A stretch of 61,992 nucleotides of DNA, filler included, from Candidatus Desantisbacteria bacterium CG1_02_49_89 (GTDB taxonomy: Bacteria; Desantisbacteria; UBA1551): NCBI GenBank assembly GCA_001871075.1. It is 7 parts of 7 records of this genome, joined end to end, with 100 filler letters (N's around TTAATTAATTAA, not from the genome) between each part and the next. Parts side by side here need not be neighbours in the genome. Positions count along the whole stretch, not along the records: positions 1 to 11,970 come from MNUP01000065.1; positions 12,071 to 22,975 come from MNUP01000056.1; 5 more parts are not named here. One strand, 5' to 3'. Below are positions 9,344-18,223 of this stretch, one piece after another. The position numbers and the translations under genes were made by a program. How positions within the stretch are numbered: the first letter of the stretch is position 1; each line of letters opens with the position of its first letter. The notes beneath the pieces were generated by a model. It was not told where the DNA came from. It saw nothing but the letters and a program-made list of their open reading frames with translations, and did not search any database.

Positions 9344-9461
9344 CCTGAACCTTTACCACAGAAGCACGGAGGCACGGAGATTTCTCCGCGAAACCTGAAA
9401 CTCTGAAACCCGAAACAAATGTTTTTGCTAACCACTGACCACTCGCCACTGACCACTGATT

Positions 9462-10340
9462 TTAACGGAATCTTTTGGCCCGCTTCCTGAAAAACGCGGT
9501 AAGCGGCTTAACGTAGGACGAACCGGTTTCCAGGTTCACGAAATCCATGTTTATGGAACCGAAGAACCTGTGCCTCGCATTCAGCCTGTCAAGCGCCTCC
9601 TTTTCAAAGGAGCCCCTTAGGGCCGCGTCGCCGGTGTTTACCAGGGCCGTCTTGCCCGTTTCAGCATCTTGCAGGCTCACAAGGCCGGCAGGAGGCATCC
9701 TTGATTCTCCGGGGTCCGCGATCTCCACGGCTATCATGTCATGGCGCTTGTTGGTTATCCGCAGCATTTTCTCGTAATCCCGGTCAATAAAATCCGATAT
9801 GACGAAAACAATGCATTTTTTCTTTACGACGTCGTTAAGGTATTTCAAAGCCGCGGAAATATCCGTGCCCGTGCCGCGGGGCTTGCCGTAAAGGGCTTCC
9901 CTTATGATCCGCAGGGCGTGCGTCCTTCCTTTCTTGGGCGGTATGTATTTTTCGATAGAGTCCGTGAACAGTATCAGGCCGACCTTGTCGTTGTTTTTCA
10001 TGGCGGAGAAAGCAAGCACCGCGCATACCTCAGCCGCTATTTCCGCCTTCATCCTGCGGGCGGTGCCGAACATGCCGGACGCGCTCCTGTCAACCAGCAG
10101 CATCACGGTCAGCTCCCTTTCCTCCACGAACTTCTTGATATAGGGGTGGCCGAACCGCGCGGTCACGTTCCAGTCTATAAGGCGTACGTCATCCCCGGGC
10201 TGGTACTCACGCACCTCGGAAAATTCCATGCCCCTGCCTTTGAACACGCTCTCGTACTGGCCTGCGAACACCTCGGTCACGAGCCTGCCTGTGGTTATCT
10301 CGATGCGCCGTATAGTTTTTAGTATCTCGCTGGATAACAT
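9462..10340 (-). CDS. DUF58 protein
   Basis: GRGMEFSEVREYQPGDDVRLIDWNVTAR. Confidence 0.92.
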   Translation of the reverse strand: MLSSEILKTIRRIEITTGRLVTEVFAGQYESVFKGRGMEFSEVREYQPGDDVRLIDWNVTARFGHPYIKKFVEERELTVMLLVDRSASGMFGTARRMKAEIAAEVCAVLAFSAMKNNDKVGLILFTDSIEKYIPPKKGRTHALRIIREALYGKPRGTGTDISAALKYLNDVVKKKCIVFVISDFIDRDYEKMLRITNKRHDMIAVEIADPGESRMPPAGLVSLQDAETGKTALVNTGDAALRGSFEKEALDRLNARHRFFGSINMDFVNLETGSSYVKPLTAFFRKRAKRFR

Positions 10341-10425
10341 CTTGCTCCGTCGTAAGTCGTATGTCGTACGTCATACGTTTAAGAATTTATACGCACGACG
10401 TAAGACGCTCGACGCTCGACTGTAT

Positions 10426-11421
10426 CTACGGGACTTCAACCTCGTTCAAAACATGCTTAACGATATCGTCCGTAGTTGTCTCTTCCGCTTCAGCTTCATA
10501 CGTGAGGATTATCCTGTGCCTGAGCACGTCTCCCGCGATGGTCTTTATGTCCTCAGGTGTCACGTACCCTCTTCCCCTCATGAACGCATATGCCTTTCCC
10601 ACCGTTGTCAGGTATATGGTCGCCCTGGGGCTTGCGCCGTATGCTATAAGGGGTTTCAGGTCATCCATTTTATAATCCTGGGGGGACCTTGTGGCGAATA
10701 CGATATCAACTATGTATTTTTTCACCTTTTCATCTATATAGACTTTATTCACCACTTCCCTTGCTTTTACTATGTCTTTTGGGTTCACTACTGGGCTGAC
10801 CTTCGGGTCTGAGCCGGTGGTCATGCGCTCGAGTATCTGCAGTTCCTCTTCTTTTTGGGGATAGGTGATCTTGAGCTTGAGCATGAACCTGTCCACCTGC
10901 GCTTCAGGAAGGGGATATGTGCCTTCCTGCTCTATGGGGTTCTGCGTGGCAAGAACCAGGAAGAGATCTTCAAGTTTAAAGGTTGTTTCCCCCATCGTAA
11001 CCTGGCGTTCCTGCATGGCTTCAAGCAGCGCGCTCTGGACTTTCGCCGGAGCGCGGTTTATTTCGTCCGCGAGGATGAAATTAGAGAAGATCGGGCCCTT
11101 CCTTACGGTGAATTCCTTTCCTTCGGCAGCCCGCGGGTTGTAAATCGTGGTGCCTGTCAGGTCAGCCGGAAGAAGGTCAGGCGTGAACTGTATCCTCTGA
11201 AATTTCGCCTGTATCGACCCGGCAAGGGTTTTTATCGCGAGGGTCTTGGCAAGGCCCGGCACTCCCTCTATAAGGATGTGGCCGTTTGCAAGAAGGCCCA
11301 GCACAAGCCCTTCAAGGATCTGGCGCTGGCCCACGATCACTTTTCCCACCTCGCTGAGGATCTGCTCCACGAACACACTTTCCTTCTTTACCGCCTCGTT
11401 AATTTCCTTTATATCCCACAT
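10426..11421 (-). CDS. moxR: MoxR-family AAA+ ATPase
   Basis: EGVPGLAKT Walker A, RIQFTPDLLPAD, LADEINRAPAKVQSALLEAM, ATQNPIEQEGTYPLPEAQ. Confidence 0.95.
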   Translation of the reverse strand: MWDIKEINEAVKKESVFVEQILSEVGKVIVGQRQILEGLVLGLLANGHILIEGVPGLAKTLAIKTLAGSIQAKFQRIQFTPDLLPADLTGTTIYNPRAAEGKEFTVRKGPIFSNFILADEINRAPAKVQSALLEAMQERQVTMGETTFKLEDLFLVLATQNPIEQEGTYPLPEAQVDRFMLKLKITYPQKEEELQILERMTTGSDPKVSPVVNPKDIVKAREVVNKVYIDEKVKKYIVDIVFATRSPQDYKMDDLKPLIAYGASPRATIYLTTVGKAYAFMRGRGYVTPEDIKTIAGDVLRHRIILTYEAEAEETTTDDIVKHVLNEVEVP

Positions 11422-11703
11422 GTTTTTCCCTCCTTAAAATTATGAGTTATGAATTATGGAATTCGAAAGCATTCAGTAAAACATACGAGAATGTTGCGGA
11501 GCAAAATTATGAATCAACAACAAGGTATCTGTTTAAATAAAATTCCTTCCCTTTCACCTAATCCCTAACCGCATAAAGCGCGTCCCACATTTTGCTTTCA
11601 TAAGAAAGCAGAGGGACATCTTATCCCTGACATCTTATCCCTGTCCCCACTATATAATTATATACCAAAATTTTGACAATTTGTCAAGGAAAAAACATAC
11701 CTT

Positions 11704-11970
11704 TGTGCGGAAATAATCAAAAGTATACCTGGGGAACAATCAGAAGTATACCTATCTGGGGGAAATTGATTTAGGCTGGCTGGTTTAAAAATCAGGTAAT
11801 AATCACCCTCTCCTTTATCCTCTCCCCTCGAGGGAGAGGGGTAGGGTGAGGGGGGTGGGTACTCTCGAAGGCAGAATCTGGAAGGTAGGTCGATTTCCGG
11901 AGCAAGAAGTAACCGTGTGTCTTATCCCCAACAAAAAGATTATTGTGTTAAAAGATGAGCAGAAAATCGG
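11704..11970 (+). mobile_element. Left part of a TGT-ended MITE, truncated by contig end
   Basis: End TGTGCGGAAATAATCAAAAGTATAC with a second AAGTATAC 23 bp later. Interior 11812-11970 is homologous to the reverse complement of 49700-49858. Confidence 0.7.
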
Positions 11971-12070
11971 NNNNNNNNNNNNNNNNNNNNNNNNNNNNNN
12001 NNNNNNNNNNNNNNTTAATTAATTAANNNNNNNNNNNNNNNNNNNNNNNNNNNNNNNNNNNNNNNNNNNN
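11971..12070. other. Artificial contig linker; also at 22976-23075, 32886-32985, 39311-39410, 49859-49958, 55996-56095
   Basis: Identical 100-bp N blocks with a central six-frame stop cassette TTAATTAATTAA. Confidence 0.98.
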
Positions 12071-12071
12071 A

Positions 12072-14642
12072 AGGACGTTTTTGTGCGACCTGGGATCGGG
12101 TTTTGCCTGTTACAGGCAGGGAGAAGATGTTGAGATAAACGTGAAGGCGGTGAACCAGGGGAGTGAAAGCCAAAAACTGCAAGTCAAAATGCAAATTTCA
12201 AATTGCAAAATGCAAAATGTATATGAAGAAACAGAAGAAGAGACGCTGGAAGCGGGAAGGAGCACAAACCTGACGTTCACGTGGAAGGGAGGGAAATTTG
12301 ACAGCGACCTGTATAACATAAAGGTAACGCTTTATTCCGGCAACAAGACAATTGACGCGATGGAAAGCGGATTCACTGTCTGGGACGAGAACATAATAAA
12401 GAACGGTATCCCGGTCACGATGGAAAACAATTATTTCAGGGTTGGAGAAAAACCGTTCTTTGTTTGCGGCACGAATTATACCGGAGTAGTATTCGTTTCA
12501 AACGCTGAAAACCCGTGGGTATTGGAGCAGGATTTCAGGAAGATGCAGGATTCTGGTTTAACCTGCATAAGGGTCCTGCATTTCGGGATAAAGAATTTCT
12601 TCCCGGATTTCCTCAAGCCGAAGGAAAAAGTGATGCGCAGGCTTGACGCGCTTGTCCAGCTGTGCCAGAAGCATAAGGTAACTCTGCTCCAGACAGTGCA
12701 CGACTGGCTTGAGGTGAACGTTTCGGACAAGGACCTCAACGCTCAGAAGGAATTCTGCAGAATGCTTTCCGAACGCTACAAGGGTGTTCCCGGGATACGC
12801 TGGGACATACAGAACGAACCGTCCTGGAGCTCATATGATCCCAGGCCCACACCCGACATAAACCGCGAATACAACACTTTCTTGGCTGAAAAATATACTA
12901 CAGCGGAAAACTGGCAGGAAAAATGGGGGGATGAAGCAAAAGGGGAGTTCGGCAGCCTGAAATTCGACGCGAAATGCGGCCAGAACTGGGACAATATCAA
13001 GGCGTATGACCTGCGGCTTTTTCGAAGACGGCTGTTCCAGCGGTGGATAGACGGTAATTTCCAGGGGCTTACGGCATCCAGAAGGTATAACATAGACGTT
13101 AGCGGGGCAGAGGCATATGACCAGGTCCTGTGGGAGAACATTGACGCCACCGCCATCCATTTCTACGATTCGTGGAAGGATTTCCCCCAGCGCCTGAAAT
13201 ACGCTGACCAGCGTTACAGGGGCATCCCGTTCGGGGACGAGGAATTCGGGCAGAAGGTGCACCCGGCATGGGGCGGCAGCGGTCCAGCGACCCCGAAAGT
13301 TTTTCCTCCGGCGATAGACCACTTCCTGGCGCTGGGGCATTACACCCTGGGCTTGGGCGGTTACGGGCTTCTGAACTGGGACTGGAAAGATATGCAGGAA
13401 TGCCTGTTCCTTTGGGGTTTGAACTTCAACGACAGGCTTGTTTCAAAGCCAACGCTTACCGCGTTCAGGAATATGAGCCTGCTATTCAGGACCTTGCAAC
13501 CCGTATATGAAGCGCCTGAGGTTTATTTTGTAATACCTGACAGCCACAGGCTTGGCGCAAAGGCGGAGATCATAGAGCGGGTAATACTGAACGGGCTGAA
13601 ACTTCTTATAAGCACGCACCTGGATTTCGGCGTGATAAACGAATTCAACCTGAGCAGGCTGCCGAAAACCGCTAAGGTCCTTATGTACCCGGTCCCGTTC
13701 TGCCCTGAAGACACGGCATACAGCCTTGTCAGGGATTTTGTGAAGAAAGGCGGGACGCTCTATGTCTCCGGGGATATTTCCTTTGATGACCGTAGGCGGC
13801 GCACCCGGACCCAAAGGCTGTCTGAGCTATGCGGGGTGGAGTTCCAGGAAGAGAACTACCAGAATATAAGTTATTCCACGGGAAGCGCGGAGCAGGTAAG
13901 CGGGGCAGGCCTTGTTTCGTATCAGGGGTACCCCTGTATAAAGGTGAAACCCAAAACCGCAAGGAATTTGGGCGGCAGCGTTATTTTTGAAAATAAATTA
14001 GGTTCAGGCAGGGTTTTGTACGTGACTGATCCCTATGAACTGCACGCCAGGGAAAACAGCCTGTATAAGTTCTTTTTGAAATGGGCAGGGGTGCAGAGGA
14101 ATGAAATTACTCCTGACAATCCAAAAATACACTTTTTCAGGGTTCCGCTTACGGACGGCGGAACAGCTTATGTAATGATGAACGCGGATGAGGCGACACA
14201 GGATATTTCTTTCAAGCACGGCGATATAAATCTTGCGATGACGCTTGGCAGGTACAAATCCGGGCTTGTGGCGATCGCGAAAGACGGAAAAATATTCGCT
14301 TTGGAAACATCGGGTAAAATAAAGGCGGGTAATGATATAATAGCGGATTTCACTGGCCAGGGTATGGCGTTCTCCCTTGACAGCGAAGACATCCGCTCAA
14401 GTTCAGCAGTCGTGCTTATGCCTGTCCAGGCAGGAAAATTCTCCCTGAAATGCAAAGAAAACCTTACCGTTGAATTCGGAGAAGTCCGTTCCGGCAAATG
14501 GCAGGTTTTTAATGTAGCGGCAGGGCTTGTCCCTGCCTTATCCATTTCCCCTGACCAAACCGACTGCCACTTTCTGTTTTGCGCGGGATCCGAACAGGCC
14601 AAATGGCGTGCTGCGTTCGAAAAATTCGTCAACCTTGAATGA
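12072..14642 (+). CDS. Putative clan GH-A glycoside hydrolase (GH5/GH42-like) with trimerisation-like domain; 5' truncated
   Basis: GTNY, DFRKMQDSGLTCIRV, WDIQNEP, IHFY, EEFG; FVKKGGTLYV and NKLGSGRVLYV. Confidence 0.65.
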   Translation, partial: RTFLCDLGSGFACYRQGEDVEINVKAVNQGSESQKLQVKMQISNCKMQNVYEETEEETLEAGRSTNLTFTWKGGKFDSDLYNIKVTLYSGNKTIDAMESGFTVWDENIIKNGIPVTMENNYFRVGEKPFFVCGTNYTGVVFVSNAENPWVLEQDFRKMQDSGLTCIRVLHFGIKNFFPDFLKPKEKVMRRLDALVQLCQKHKVTLLQTVHDWLEVNVSDKDLNAQKEFCRMLSERYKGVPGIRWDIQNEPSWSSYDPRPTPDINREYNTFLAEKYTTAENWQEKWGDEAKGEFGSLKFDAKCGQNWDNIKAYDLRLFRRRLFQRWIDGNFQGLTASRRYNIDVSGAEAYDQVLWENIDATAIHFYDSWKDFPQRLKYADQRYRGIPFGDEEFGQKVHPAWGGSGPATPKVFPPAIDHFLALGHYTLGLGGYGLLNWDWKDMQECLFLWGLNFNDRLVSKPTLTAFRNMSLLFRTLQPVYEAPEVYFVIPDSHRLGAKAEIIERVILNGLKLLISTHLDFGVINEFNLSRLPKTAKVLMYPVPFCPEDTAYSLVRDFVKKGGTLYVSGDISFDDRRRRTRTQRLSELCGVEFQEENYQNISYSTGSAEQVSGAGLVSYQGYPCIKVKPKTARNLGGSVIFENKLGSGRVLYVTDPYELHARENSLYKFFLKWAGVQRNEITPDNPKIHFFRVPLTDGGTAYVMMNADEATQDISFKHGDINLAMTLGRYKSGLVAIAKDGKIFALETSGKIKAGNDIIADFTGQGMAFSLDSEDIRSSSAVVLMPVQAGKFSLKCKENLTVEFGEVRSGKWQVFNVAAGLVPALSISPDQTDCHFLFCAGSEQAKWRAAFEKFVNLE

Positions 14643-14664
14643 TTTCCCCTCCGCCCGCCCATTT

Positions 14665-14864
14665 GTAGGGGCTCAATTTATTGAGCCCGCGTAGGGGCGA
14701 CCATGGTCGCCCAATCTTTCGTAGGGCAAACCTTTCCGAAGGTCCGCCAATTTTGTTAGGCGGAAGGTTTGCGGGTAGTCGCAGGCTTTAGCCTGCGTGA
14801 TATGTAGCGGTCCCGATTTATCGGGACAATTCTCCCTTTTATAAAGGGAGACGATAGAGGGATT
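14665..14864 (+). repeat. Run of five different GTAG-REP palindromes followed by a CCC/GGG hairpin repeat
   Basis: GTAG starts at 14665, 14691, 14721, 14775 and 14804, each followed by its own palindrome. Confidence 0.85.
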
Positions 14865-14895
14865 TACTTCTCGAATTTCATAGAAAAATAAGAGG

Positions 14896-14985
14896 AATAA
14901 GAACCTTCGTTCCACTCAGAACCTTGTTTTTCGTTGGTGAAGTCGTGGGAATGTCAAAATAAAAAATGGTGGCTGTCCCTATTTT
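14896..14985 (+). repeat. ~90-bp dispersed repeat, direct copy at 22850-22948
   Basis: AATAAGAACCTTCGTTYCACTCAGAACCTTGTTTTTCGTTGGTGAAGTCGTGGGAATGTCAAAATAA...GGCTGTCCCTATTTT in both. Confidence 0.85.
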
Positions 14986-15092
14986 TAAAAGAATATATAG
15001 GTTAAAATAAACTTGTGCCATAAAAGTTGCGAGTAGGTTGCGAGTAGGTTGCGAGTAGTATTGAGATTGATTATTTTTAAACCGGAGGCAAA

Positions 15093-18000
15093 ATGCTGAA
15101 AGCATATTTTGCAGAAATATTTAAGACTGCAAATCAAGGAGACGCAAGAGAAGAAAGTTTTTATCCTACTCTCAAGAAGCTACTTGAGGCATATGCTAAT
15201 TCAGTCAAAAAATCGGGTATTCAGGTAACATCCTTGCCAAAAAAGACAGAAGCCGGAAATCCAGACTTCAGAATATGGGATGGTAAACAGCATATAGTAG
15301 GATATATTGAAGCAAAAGCGCCAAATATTGAATATCTGGACCAAGTAGAAAGCTCAGAACAACTGGAGAGATATTTAAGAATATTTCCTAACGTAATCCT
15401 CACCAATTTTTTTGAATTCAGGCTTTACAGAAACGGAATTTTAACAGACAGAGTTCTTGTGGCAAGGTCGAATAACCTTTTTAAGCTTAAAACTATTCCG
15501 CCCGTTGAAAAGGAAACAGAATTCTTAAATTTGCTTGAAAAATTCTTTTCTTTTTCTTTACCTCAGGTTTATAACGCCAAAACACTGGCTGTGGAACTTG
15601 CAAAGAGGACACGATTTTTAAGAGATGAGGTAATCGCAGAGCAGTTGAAAGAAGAAGAATTCTCAGAAGATAATTATATTTTTGGTTTTTACAAAGCATT
15701 TAAGAAATATCTCATAAGCGGTCTTTCAAAAGAGGATTTTGCCGATCTTTATTCCCAAACTATTACTTATGGTCTTTTTGCGGCTCGCACTCGTACAGAA
15801 AATACATTCAATAGAAAGCTTGCTTATGACAATATACCATCAACCATCGGAATTTTACGAGATCTTTTCAAATTTATTTCCCTTGGAAATATACCGCAAC
15901 AAATGGAGTGGATAATTGACGATATCTCAGAAGTTTTATCAGTTACTGACGTCAAAAAAATACTCCATCAATATTTTCACGAAGGCAAAGGTAAAGATCC
16001 TATAGTTCATTTCTATGAAACTTTTCTTACTGAATATGACCCAAAAACAAGAGAAAAAAGAGGCGTTTATTACACACCGGAACCGGTTGTTTCCTATATC
16101 GTTCGTTCTTTGCATAAGGTTTTAAAAGAAAAATTTAATAGAGCAGAGGGTCTTGCAAACGAAAAAGTTACTATTTTAGACCCTGCAGCAGGAACACTTA
16201 CGTTTTTAACAGAAACAGCTAAAGTTGCATTGGAAGAATTTATTTCTAAATACGGTGAAGGAGGAAAAAGTAAATTTATAAAGGAGCATATACTTAAAAA
16301 CTTCTTTGCTTTTGAATTAATGATGGCTCCTTATGCTATAGGGCATTTAAAAATGTCTTTTCTATTAGAGGAACTCGGTTATAAATTGCAAAAAGATGAC
16401 AGGTTCAAACTTTACCTAACCAATACATTAGAAATGGAAGAGTTATCAGAGACTGCACTTCCTGGTATGGCTTCTCTTTCTGAAGAATCCCACCTTGCAG
16501 GAAAAGTAAAAAAAGAACAACCAATTCTTGTTATTCTCGGGAATCCTCCGTATCATGGTCATTCTTCCAATGTCGGAAAATGGATTTCTGATGAAATCAA
16601 GGTATATTATCAGGTAGACAGGAAACCTCTTAATGAAAGAAATTCTAAATGGCTTCGAGATGACTACGTGAAATTTATTCGTTTTGCTCAATGGAAGATA
16701 GAACAGGCAGGAGAAGGTATTTTGGGATTCATTACAAATCATAACTATCTTGATGCTCCCACCTTTAGAGGAATGCGTCAATCATTAATAAATAGTTTTA
16801 ATGAAATTTATATTTTAGACTTACATGGAAGTAGTCAGAAAAAATTAAAAGGTAGTTCTAAAGACGAAAATATTTTTAAAATTGAACAAGGAGTAGCAAT
16901 TGCTATTTATATAAAGAAAAAAAATTCAAAAGAATCTAATGTCTATCATTCAGAGCTCTGGGGATTAAGGAATGAAAAATTCGAATTGCTTTCTAATAAT
17001 GACATTTATAAAACGAAATGGAAGAAATTATCTCCAAAATCCGAATCTTATCTTTTTATCCCAAGAAATGAGAAGCTTTTAGGAAAATATGAAGATTATT
17101 TGAAAATAACTGACATTTTTCCTACAAATAGCGTGGGTATAGTTACTGCAAGAGACGAGTTTGTTGTTAATTTTGACAAAGAGAAGCTCAAACGCAACAT
17201 AAATCTTTTTTGTGATGAAAAAATGACTGACGAGATTATAGCTAAAACTTTTCACTTTGAAAATAAAATGGATTGGTTAAAACAAGCAAGGCAGGAACTA
17301 AGGAAAGATGAAGATTGGAAAGATACAGTTACTCAAATTTTATATCGTCCATTTGATATTCGCTGGATTTTATATCACGATTCAGTGGTTGAACGTTCTC
17401 GTAAAGATATAATGGGACATATGTTACAGGAAAATTTGGGATTAATAACTTGTCGTCAACAAAATCAAATAGGATTTTGTCACGCATTAATTGCAAAAGA
17501 TATAATAGAAGCATGCGTTGTTTCAAATAAAACAAGAGAAATAAATTATCTTTTTCCACTTTATCTATATCCCAAAAAAGAGAGTTTCAAGAAGCGAGCT
17601 TCAAGTAATATTATGATGCTTTTTGAACCCGATGTAGGTTATGGAGAAAAGAAATCAAATTTATCTTCAGTGTTGATTGAGCAATTAATAAAAGATTACA
17701 AAAAGACACCAGAGCCAGAACAGATTTTATATTATATTTACGCAGTGCTATATTCAGAAATTTACCGCAAGAAATACGCCGAATTTTTAAAAATGGATTT
17801 TCCAAGGATTCCATTTACAAAAGAATATAAAGTATTTGAGAAAATGTCTAAGATGGGTGAAAAACTTGTTGATATGCATCTGCTCAAATCAAAAGAACTT
17901 GATTCACCGGTTGCCAGATTACAAGGCAAGAATGATAATAAAATTGAGAAAGTTAAATATGACGAGAAAGAAAATAGAGTTTATTTTAATAACCTTCAAT

Positions 18001-18206
18001 ATTTTGAAGGAGTTAAAAAAGAAATCTGGGAATATCAGATAGGCGGTTATCAAGTTTGCGACAAATGGTTGAAGGACAGAAAAGAAAAGTCTTTATCACT
18101 TGAAGAGATAAAATACTATTGCAAAATAGTGACATCTCTGGAAAAGACAATAAAAATCCAGGAAGATATTGATGAAATTTATCCAGAAATAGAAAAAAGC
18201 CTTTAG
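15093..18206 (+). CDS. Single-chain restriction-modification enzyme (type IIG / helicase-less type ISP-like N6-adenine methyltransferase)
   Basis: N-terminal PD...EAK nuclease-like motif (GNPDF...YIEAK), GVYYTP, LDPAAGTLTFL, GNPPY; C-terminal YRPFD, FPRIP and YQIGGYQVCDKWLKDR; visibly AT-rich. Confidence 0.88.
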   Translation: MLKAYFAEIFKTANQGDAREESFYPTLKKLLEAYANSVKKSGIQVTSLPKKTEAGNPDFRIWDGKQHIVGYIEAKAPNIEYLDQVESSEQLERYLRIFPNVILTNFFEFRLYRNGILTDRVLVARSNNLFKLKTIPPVEKETEFLNLLEKFFSFSLPQVYNAKTLAVELAKRTRFLRDEVIAEQLKEEEFSEDNYIFGFYKAFKKYLISGLSKEDFADLYSQTITYGLFAARTRTENTFNRKLAYDNIPSTIGILRDLFKFISLGNIPQQMEWIIDDISEVLSVTDVKKILHQYFHEGKGKDPIVHFYETFLTEYDPKTREKRGVYYTPEPVVSYIVRSLHKVLKEKFNRAEGLANEKVTILDPAAGTLTFLTETAKVALEEFISKYGEGGKSKFIKEHILKNFFAFELMMAPYAIGHLKMSFLLEELGYKLQKDDRFKLYLTNTLEMEELSETALPGMASLSEESHLAGKVKKEQPILVILGNPPYHGHSSNVGKWISDEIKVYYQVDRKPLNERNSKWLRDDYVKFIRFAQWKIEQAGEGILGFITNHNYLDAPTFRGMRQSLINSFNEIYILDLHGSSQKKLKGSSKDENIFKIEQGVAIAIYIKKKNSKESNVYHSELWGLRNEKFELLSNNDIYKTKWKKLSPKSESYLFIPRNEKLLGKYEDYLKITDIFPTNSVGIVTARDEFVVNFDKEKLKRNINLFCDEKMTDEIIAKTFHFENKMDWLKQARQELRKDEDWKDTVTQILYRPFDIRWILYHDSVVERSRKDIMGHMLQENLGLITCRQQNQIGFCHALIAKDIIEACVVSNKTREINYLFPLYLYPKKESFKKRASSNIMMLFEPDVGYGEKKSNLSSVLIEQLIKDYKKTPEPEQILYYIYAVLYSEIYRKKYAEFLKMDFPRIPFTKEYKVFEKMSKMGEKLVDMHLLKSKELDSPVARLQGKNDNKIEKVKYDEKENRVYFNNLQYFEGVKKEIWEYQIGGYQVCDKWLKDRKEKSLSLEEIKYYCKIVTSLEKTIKIQEDIDEIYPEIEKSL

Positions 18207-18223
18207 AAATAAAAGGGGGATGA

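Noticed and set aside
11812-11970. True contig overlap with 49700-49858
   Set aside because: Several mismatches in the shared segment indicate two different copies of a repeat rather than one locus, unless they are strain variants.
11971-12070. TTAATTAATTAA repeats as a biological motif
   Set aside because: Artificial six-frame-stop linker between contigs.
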